A stretch of 24,000 nt of DNA from an uncultured Actinomycetes bacterium. Lineage in GTDB: Bacteria; Actinomycetota; Thermoleophilia; Gaiellales; Gaiellaceae. The translations under genes were made by a program, and so were the position numbers. Shown here piece by piece: positions 19,464 through 24,000 of this stretch. Positions within the stretch are counted from its first letter, which is position 1. Each line of letters starts with the position of its first letter. Below the pieces are notes generated by a model, which had not been told where the DNA came from, made no database searches, and worked only from the letters and a program-made list of their open reading frames with translations. The stretch covers positions 1,176,522 through 1,200,521 of the forward strand of contig CAVRPZ010000002.1 of the NCBI GenBank assembly GCA_963723345.1, written 5' to 3'.

Positions 19464-20767
19464 GCCCGCGCCGCCTCGTACTCGCCGAGCGCCCGGTCGA
19501 CGAGCGCCTCGGCAGACCCCAGGTAGCCGGTCGGGTCGAGGAGCGCGTCCAGCTCGTCCGCCGAGAGACCCGTCCGCTCGTCGGCGAGGAGTGCCTCGCG
19601 GAACGAGCGCGCGCTCGCCGCCTCGGCGACGACGTCGTGTGCCTGGGCACGGCCCAGGCGTGGAGCGAGGGCGAACGTGATGCGCTCTGCGACGACGAGG
19701 CCGCCGCTCGCCTCGAGGTTCGCCCGCATCCGGCCGGCGTCGACCTCGAGGCCGGTGACGGCGTCGGCGGCGGCCGCCGCCGATCCTCCGGCGAACGCGA
19801 GCGCGCCGGAGAGCGCTTCCCACTCCGCGTGCCAGCCGCCCACCGCCCGCTCGTGCTCGTGGGCGTGCCCGCCGAGCAGGACACCCGCATGGGCGTGCGC
19901 GAGGCGTGCGCACGCGACCGCGAGCGTCGAGCGGACCGGATTGCGCTTCTGGGGCATCGTGGACGACCTTCCGTCCGACGCCTCGGCAAGCTCGCCCACC
20001 TCGCTCTGGGCGAGGAGGGCGAGGTCGCCAGCGACCTTCGCGGCCGCGCCCGCGACTCCGTCCAGCGCCGCGGCGAGCTCCGCGACGCGCTGGCGGTTCG
20101 TGTGCCAGGGGAGCAGGGGCTCCGCGAGCCCGAGCTCCTCTGCGTAGCGACGGACGACCTCGAACGCGTCGTCTCCGAGAGCGGCAAGCGTGCCCGCGGC
20201 GCCGCCCAGCTGCGCCGCGAGCCGCTCCGCCCGCACCGTCGCGAGCCTCCGACGCGCCTCGAGCGCCGACGCGAGCCAGCCTGCCGCCTTCAGCCCGAAG
20301 GTCGTGGGCACCGCCTGCTGGAGGAGCGTGCGCGCGGCCATCGGAGTCGAGCGATGAGCATCGGCGAGCGCGGCACAGCCGTCGGCGAGCCGATCGAGCT
20401 CCGCGAGCACGAGCCCGGTGGCACGACGGCAGACGAGCATCGCCGCCGTGTCCACGATGTCCTGGCTCGTCGCGCCCAGGTGGACGTAGCCGGCGGTCTC
20501 GTCCCCGACCGCGTCCCGGAGCTCGCGAACGAGCGGCTCCGCCGGGTTCCCGGCGGCGCGGCCGTCCTCCGCGAGGCGCGCGGGGTCGTAGCGCTCGGCG
20601 CGGCAGGCTTCTCCGATCCGGGTGGCGGCGTCCTCGGGGACGAGGCCGACCGCGGCGCCCGCCCTGGCAAGCGCGCGCTCGGCGTCGAGCATCCCTTGCA
20701 GCCACGCGTGATCCGAGACCGCTTCCCGCAGCTCCTGCCGCACGAAGATGGCCGAGAACGGCGTCAC
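19460..20767 (-). CDS. pcaB: 3-carboxy-cis,cis-muconate cycloisomerase (fumarate-lyase superfamily)
   Basis: 435 aa with the lyase signature GRSSTMPQKRNP and HLGATSQDIVDTA. GTG 20767 overlaps the pcaG stop (GTGA). Confidence 0.9.
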   Translation of the reverse strand: MTPFSAIFVRQELREAVSDHAWLQGMLDAERALARAGAAVGLVPEDAATRIGEACRAERYDPARLAEDGRAAGNPAEPLVRELRDAVGDETAGYVHLGATSQDIVDTAAMLVCRRATGLVLAELDRLADGCAALADAHRSTPMAARTLLQQAVPTTFGLKAAGWLASALEARRRLATVRAERLAAQLGGAAGTLAALGDDAFEVVRRYAEELGLAEPLLPWHTNRQRVAELAAALDGVAGAAAKVAGDLALLAQSEVGELAEASDGRSSTMPQKRNPVRSTLAVACARLAHAHAGVLLGGHAHEHERAVGGWHAEWEALSGALAFAGGSAAAAADAVTGLEVDAGRMRANLEASGGLVVAERITFALAPRLGRAQAHDVVAEAASARSFREALLADERTGLSADELDALLDPTGYLGSAEALVDRALGEYEAARA

Positions 20768-21327
20768 ACCGCGAAGAACGTCGTCTCGCCGGTGCCCTGG
20801 AGGACGATGTCGAAGCGAAGCCCGCCGTCCTGCGGGAGTGCGACGAGGGTCGCCCGCTCCTCCGGCTCCAGCGCGAAAAGGACCGGGTCCTCCGCGTTCG
20901 CCGCCTCCTCGTCGGGGAAGTACATGCGGGTCGCGACGCGCTTGAGGAGGCCGCGGGCGAACACCCCGACGAGCAGGTGCGGAGCCTGGAGCCGGCCGTC
21001 CACCCAGGGCACGCGTCCGGGCTTCACGGTGAGGAACTCGAACCGGCCGCCGTCCTCGGTGCCCGAGCGCCCGAAGCCCGTGAAGCCGCTCTCGAGCGCG
21101 ACCTCGTCGCGGTCGTCGGCCGGGTGCGCGTAGCGGCCGGCCGCGTTCGCCTGCCAGATCTCGATCAGGCCGTCCGGCACGGGCTCACCGGCCCCGTCGA
21201 GGAGGACGCCCGAGATGCGGAGCGCGCGTGGATCGGACTCGTGGACGAGGCTGCTGGAGATGGGGCCGCCGAGGAGCCCGATCGTCAGGTACGGCCCGGT
21301 GGTCTGCGACGGGGTGAGCTCAGTCAT
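20764..21327 (-). CDS. pcaG: Protocatechuate 3,4-dioxygenase alpha subunit
   Basis: 187 aa from ATG 21327 (MTELTPSQTTGPYLTIGL...IEIWQANAAGRYAHP...APHLLVGVFARGLL.R..TRMYFPDE). Overlaps the end of pcaH by 8 nt. Confidence 0.9.
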   Translation of the reverse strand: MTELTPSQTTGPYLTIGLLGGPISSSLVHESDPRALRISGVLLDGAGEPVPDGLIEIWQANAAGRYAHPADDRDEVALESGFTGFGRSGTEDGGRFEFLTVKPGRVPWVDGRLQAPHLLVGVFARGLLKRVATRMYFPDEEAANAEDPVLFALEPEERATLVALPQDGGLRFDIVLQGTGETTFFAV

Positions 21328-22051
21328 CGTGCGGCTCCTCGAGCGGCGTTGGAGCGCGGCCGCCGAGCACGATGTCGAAGTGGAACCCGAGCGCCCAGTC
21401 GGGCTGCGTGAGCTCCAGCTCGAACGTCGACACGAGCCGCTGTCGCGCGCGCTCGTCGCGGATCGAGTTGAAGATCGGGTCGAACGGGAAGAGAGGATCG
21501 CCCGGGAAGTACATCTGGGTGACGAGCCGCTCGGGGAACGCGCGCCCGAAGAGCGAGAAGTGGATGTGCTTCGGACGCCAGGCGTTCGGGTGGTTCTGCC
21601 ACGGATAGGCGCCGGGGAGCACCGTCGTGAATCGGTATCCACCGTTGTCGTCGGTCAGGCAACGCCCGCACCCCGTGAAGTTCGGGTCCAGCGGCGCGTC
21701 GTGCGTGTCGACCGAGTGTCGGTAGCGCCCGGCGGCGTTCGCCTGCCAGATCTCGACGAGCTGTCCGCGCAGCGGCCTCCCGTCGGAACCGAGGACACGA
21801 CCCGTGACGGTGATGCGCTCGCCGAGCGGCTCGCCGGCGTGCTGACGCGTGAGGTCGGCGTCGGTCTCGCCCAGAGCGCCGTTCTCGTACACGGGGCCGG
21901 TCAGCTCGGAAAGCGACGTGGGGAGGAGGACGAGTGGGTTCTTCGGCGCGCGGAGCCGCGTGCCGACGTAGTCGGGATAGTCGTTCGGCGGATCGGTCGC
22001 GGTCAGCGCGCTCTCCGGGATGCGGGGGAAGGCCGTTGTCTCAGGCTGCAC
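21320..22051 (-). CDS. pcaH: Protocatechuate 3,4-dioxygenase beta subunit
   Basis: 243 aa from GTG 22051 (GGAGGA 6 nt upstream). VEIWQANAAGRYRH, YPWQNHPNAWRPKHIHFSLFG and TQMYFPGDPL are typical PcaH blocks. Confidence 0.9.
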   Translation of the reverse strand: MQPETTAFPRIPESALTATDPPNDYPDYVGTRLRAPKNPLVLLPTSLSELTGPVYENGALGETDADLTRQHAGEPLGERITVTGRVLGSDGRPLRGQLVEIWQANAAGRYRHSVDTHDAPLDPNFTGCGRCLTDDNGGYRFTTVLPGAYPWQNHPNAWRPKHIHFSLFGRAFPERLVTQMYFPGDPLFPFDPIFNSIRDERARQRLVSTFELELTQPDWALGFHFDIVLGGRAPTPLEEPHDD

Positions 22052-22694
22052 GGCGATCCTCCAGGTCGACGTCGAAGGGAGCGCCGGTCGCGGCTTGGAC
22101 CCGCTCGACGGTGGCGTCGCCGAGCAGCTCGGTGAGGACGAGCGCTCCATTTCGGAGCCGGAAGACGGAGAGCTCGGTCACGACGACGTCGGCGGCGGCG
22201 CGCGCCGTCAGCGGATAGGTGCACTCGGAGACGACCTTCGGCTCCCCCGTCGACGACGTCGCGGTCATCGTCACGATCACGCGGCGCGCTCCGACCACGA
22301 GGTCCATGGCCCCACCGACGCCGAGCACGTCCTTCCCCGGGACGGCCCAGTTCGCGATGTCGCCGGAGACCGAGACCTGCAGGGCGCCGAGCACCGCGAC
22401 GTCGACGTGGCCGCCGCGGATCATGGCGAAGCTCTGAGCGCTGTCGAAGTACGCAGCGCCGACGAGGGCGGTGACGGGTTGCTTCGCCGCGTCGATGAGA
22501 TCCGGGTCGAGCTCGTCCTCGCCGGGCCGCGGCCCGACGCCGAGGAGCCCGTTCTCCGTGTGCAGGAAGACGTCGGTTCCCCCGAGCAGCCCGGGGATGA
22601 GGTTCGGGATGCCGATGCCGAGGTTGACGACCTCGCCCGGTCGCAGCTCCTGCGCGGCGCGGGCAGCGATCGAGATCCGGACGTCGTCCGTCAT
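22041..22694 (-). CDS. pcaJ: 3-oxoadipate CoA-transferase subunit B
   Basis: 217 aa class-I CoA-transferase beta subunit ([10 protein letters not shown]...[18 protein letters not shown]...LGALQV). ATG 22694 overlaps the pcaI stop (ATGA). The pcaJ name comes from operon context. Confidence 0.88.
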   Translation of the reverse strand: MTDDVRISIAARAAQELRPGEVVNLGIGIPNLIPGLLGGTDVFLHTENGLLGVGPRPGEDELDPDLIDAAKQPVTALVGAAYFDSAQSFAMIRGGHVDVAVLGALQVSVSGDIANWAVPGKDVLGVGGAMDLVVGARRVIVTMTATSSTGEPKVVSECTYPLTARAAADVVVTELSVFRLRNGALVLTELLGDATVERVQAATGAPFDVDLEDRRAA

Positions 22695-23353
22695 CGCGAG
22701 AGCACGAGCTCGTCGACGTACAGGTGCGGCGTGTGGATCGACTCCGGCTCGAGCACGCCTGCTGCCACGATCTCTCTCACCTCGGCGATTGTCACCCGTG
22801 CAGCCGTCGCCATCAACGGGTTGAAGTTGCGCGCGGTGCGCCGGTACCAGAGGTTGCCGAGCTCGTCGCCGCGGGCTGCGTAGACGAGCGCGACGTCAGC
22901 GCGGATCGGGCGCTCGAGCACGTGCGGCACACCGTCGACGACGTGCTCCTCCTTGCCCTCCGCGAGCACGGTGCCCGCGCCGACGGGCGTGAGGAAGCCG
23001 GCGATCCCGGCGCCGGCCGCGCGGATCGCCTCGGCGAACGTCCCCTGTGGCACGAGCGTGGCCTCGATCTCGCCGCCGTTCACCGCCGCGACCGCCTCGG
23101 GGTTCGACGTGAAGTACGACGAGATGCCGCGCTTGATCCTTCCCTGTCGCAGCAGCTTCCCGAGGCCGCGCCCCGGCTCGCCGATGTTGTTCGAGACGAT
23201 CGTCAGCTCGTCGGCGTCGGAGCTCTCGACGAGCGCGTCGATGAGAGTGAGCGGCGCGCCGACCAGTCCGAAGCCCCCGACCATGACCGTGTCGCCGGAG
23301 CGGATCGTCGACACCGCCTCCTCGGGCTCGATGGGGCCGCTCGCGATCGCCAT
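22691..23353 (-). CDS. pcaI: 3-oxoadipate CoA-transferase subunit A
   Basis: 220 aa class-I CoA-transferase alpha subunit (GDTVMVGGFGLVGAP..LI.AL, VSNN, LVPQGTFAE.IRAAGAGI.GF.TP.G.GT). First gene of the pca operon. Confidence 0.88.
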   Translation of the reverse strand: MAIASGPIEPEEAVSTIRSGDTVMVGGFGLVGAPLTLIDALVESSDADELTIVSNNIGEPGRGLGKLLRQGRIKRGISSYFTSNPEAVAAVNGGEIEATLVPQGTFAEAIRAAGAGIAGFLTPVGAGTVLAEGKEEHVVDGVPHVLERPIRADVALVYAARGDELGNLWYRRTARNFNPLMATAARVTIAEVREIVAAGVLEPESIHTPHLYVDELVLSR

Positions 23354-23398
23354 CCGTCACGTCCGTTTCGTCGGGAATCAGCGTGAGCCTACCGCGGT

Positions 23399-23470
23399 TG
23401 TATGCAAACACCGGAAACCTGGAGCCTGACGAAGCGCCGCTGGACGCTGGCACGGCGGGTGTTGTATACA
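23399..23470. promoter_or_regulatory. Two related TTGTAT-CA palindromic sites in the pcaI / substrate-binding-protein divergent region (candidate operator pair)
   Basis: TGTATGCAAACA (23399-23410; 5 of 6 palindromic pairs) and TGTATACA (23463-23470; perfect 8-bp palindrome). Both are preceded by T, giving TTGTAT(G/A)CA. The first lies in the spacer upstream of a minus-strand TAGGCT -10-like hexamer. Confidence 0.3.
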
Positions 23471-23673
23471 TGAGCCGATGTCCTCGGGACGCGCTCGCCG
23501 GGCCGCTGGGACTGTCCCACGGTCCGCGCAACCTCGGGAGCGGTGCGTCGCCAGTGGTACCGACCGAACGCGTGGTCGGTTCGGGGTGGTTTGACCAACC
23601 GGGGAGCCGGGGCGAGTGTGGCTCGTCGTCGGCAGGCCTGGTCGTCGGCAGGCAGGACGGAAGGAGGGTGGTC

Positions 23674-24000
23674 GTGAAGCGGTACAGGTTGATTGCGGCC
23701 GTGGGAGGCGTCGCGTTGTTCACCGCAGCGCTGAGCGGGGCGAGCGCGTACGGCGGGTCGAGTGGGCCCGCGCAGGCGCGGCCGATCAAGATCGGCGTGC
23801 TCACTCCGCTCAGTCCAGGTGCTTCGAACTTCGTCCCGTGGGGCGTCCAGGTGCGCGCCGGCGCGGCACTGGCGGTGAACGAGATCAACAGGTCGGGCGG
23901 CGTCAAGGGGCGCGGGCAGGGGCGAAAGCTGAACCTCGTCGTCGCGGACGACCAGTCCACGAGCACGACCGCGGCGATCGACGGCTTCAGGCGGCTGACC
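23674..24000 (+). CDS. ABC transporter substrate-binding protein, Leu/Ile/Val-binding (type I periplasmic binding protein) family; 5' partial, runs off the window
   Basis: My own translation from GTG 23674 (GGAAGGAGGG RBS) gives VKRYRLIAAVGGVALFTAALSGASAYGG...IKIGVLTPLSPGASNFVPWGVQVRAGAALAVNEINRSGGVKG...LNLVVADDQS. This is a signal peptide plus a canonical LivJ-like N-terminus. It is absent from the ORF track because there is no stop in the window. Confidence 0.8.
   Translation, partial: MKRYRLIAAVGGVALFTAALSGASAYGGSSGPAQARPIKIGVLTPLSPGASNFVPWGVQVRAGAALAVNEINRSGGVKGRGQGRKLNLVVADDQSTSTTAAIDGFRRLT

Noticed and set aside
16993-21411. ORFs 16993-18201 (-), 17139-18218 (+), 18191-19090 (-), 19360-20187 (-), 19637-21133 (+), 19906-21411 (+), and the long N-terminal extensions of the pcaD (to 20705), pcaC (to 19287), pcaG (to 21642), pcaH (to 22150) and pobA (to 18254) frames
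   Set aside because: All are alternative-frame or antisense readings of the pca/pob genes. The real proteins have canonical lengths once starts are placed at the RBS or overlap-supported codons. The extensions are Arg/Pro/Gly junk.

Overview
High-GC (about 70%) bacterial chromosomal DNA. Gene content, GGAGG-type ribosome-binding sites and frequent GTG starts suggest Actinomycetota, but I cannot assign a taxon from sequence alone. In order, the window holds these blocks.
(1) A PNPOx-like general stress protein, followed by a GH65-family glycoside hydrolase/phosphorylase broken into three reading frames (pseudogene).
(2) A minus-strand stress operon: STAS protein, small membrane protein, ElaB-like tail-anchored protein and a Holin-X/DUF3618 fusion.
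(3) The most interesting block, a plus-strand string. It runs from a LitR/CarH-class MerR domain and an atypical (Asp->Glu) receiver, through a double-domain KaiC-like ATPase and a PAS-GAF-LuxR regulator, to a heliorhodopsin.
(4) A cold-shock protein and a membrane fatty-acid desaturase.
(5) A CarH/LitR-type B12 photoreceptor regulator operon. It is divergent from a DUF378/fasciclin pair, and a CarH-like 3 x 11-bp operator sits in the shared promoter region.
(6) About 2 kb of small orphan genes.
(7) A complete protocatechuate branch of the beta-ketoadipate pathway (pcaIJHGBDC plus pobA), with a divergent, truncated ABC substrate-binding protein.
I could not recognise any rRNA, tRNA, CRISPR array, transposase or integrase. 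Many long ORFs in the supplied track are off-frame or antisense artefacts of the high GC content. Annotated starts were chosen from homology, ribosome-binding sites (RBS) and start/stop overlaps. All homology statements rest on my memory of family motifs, not on database searches.
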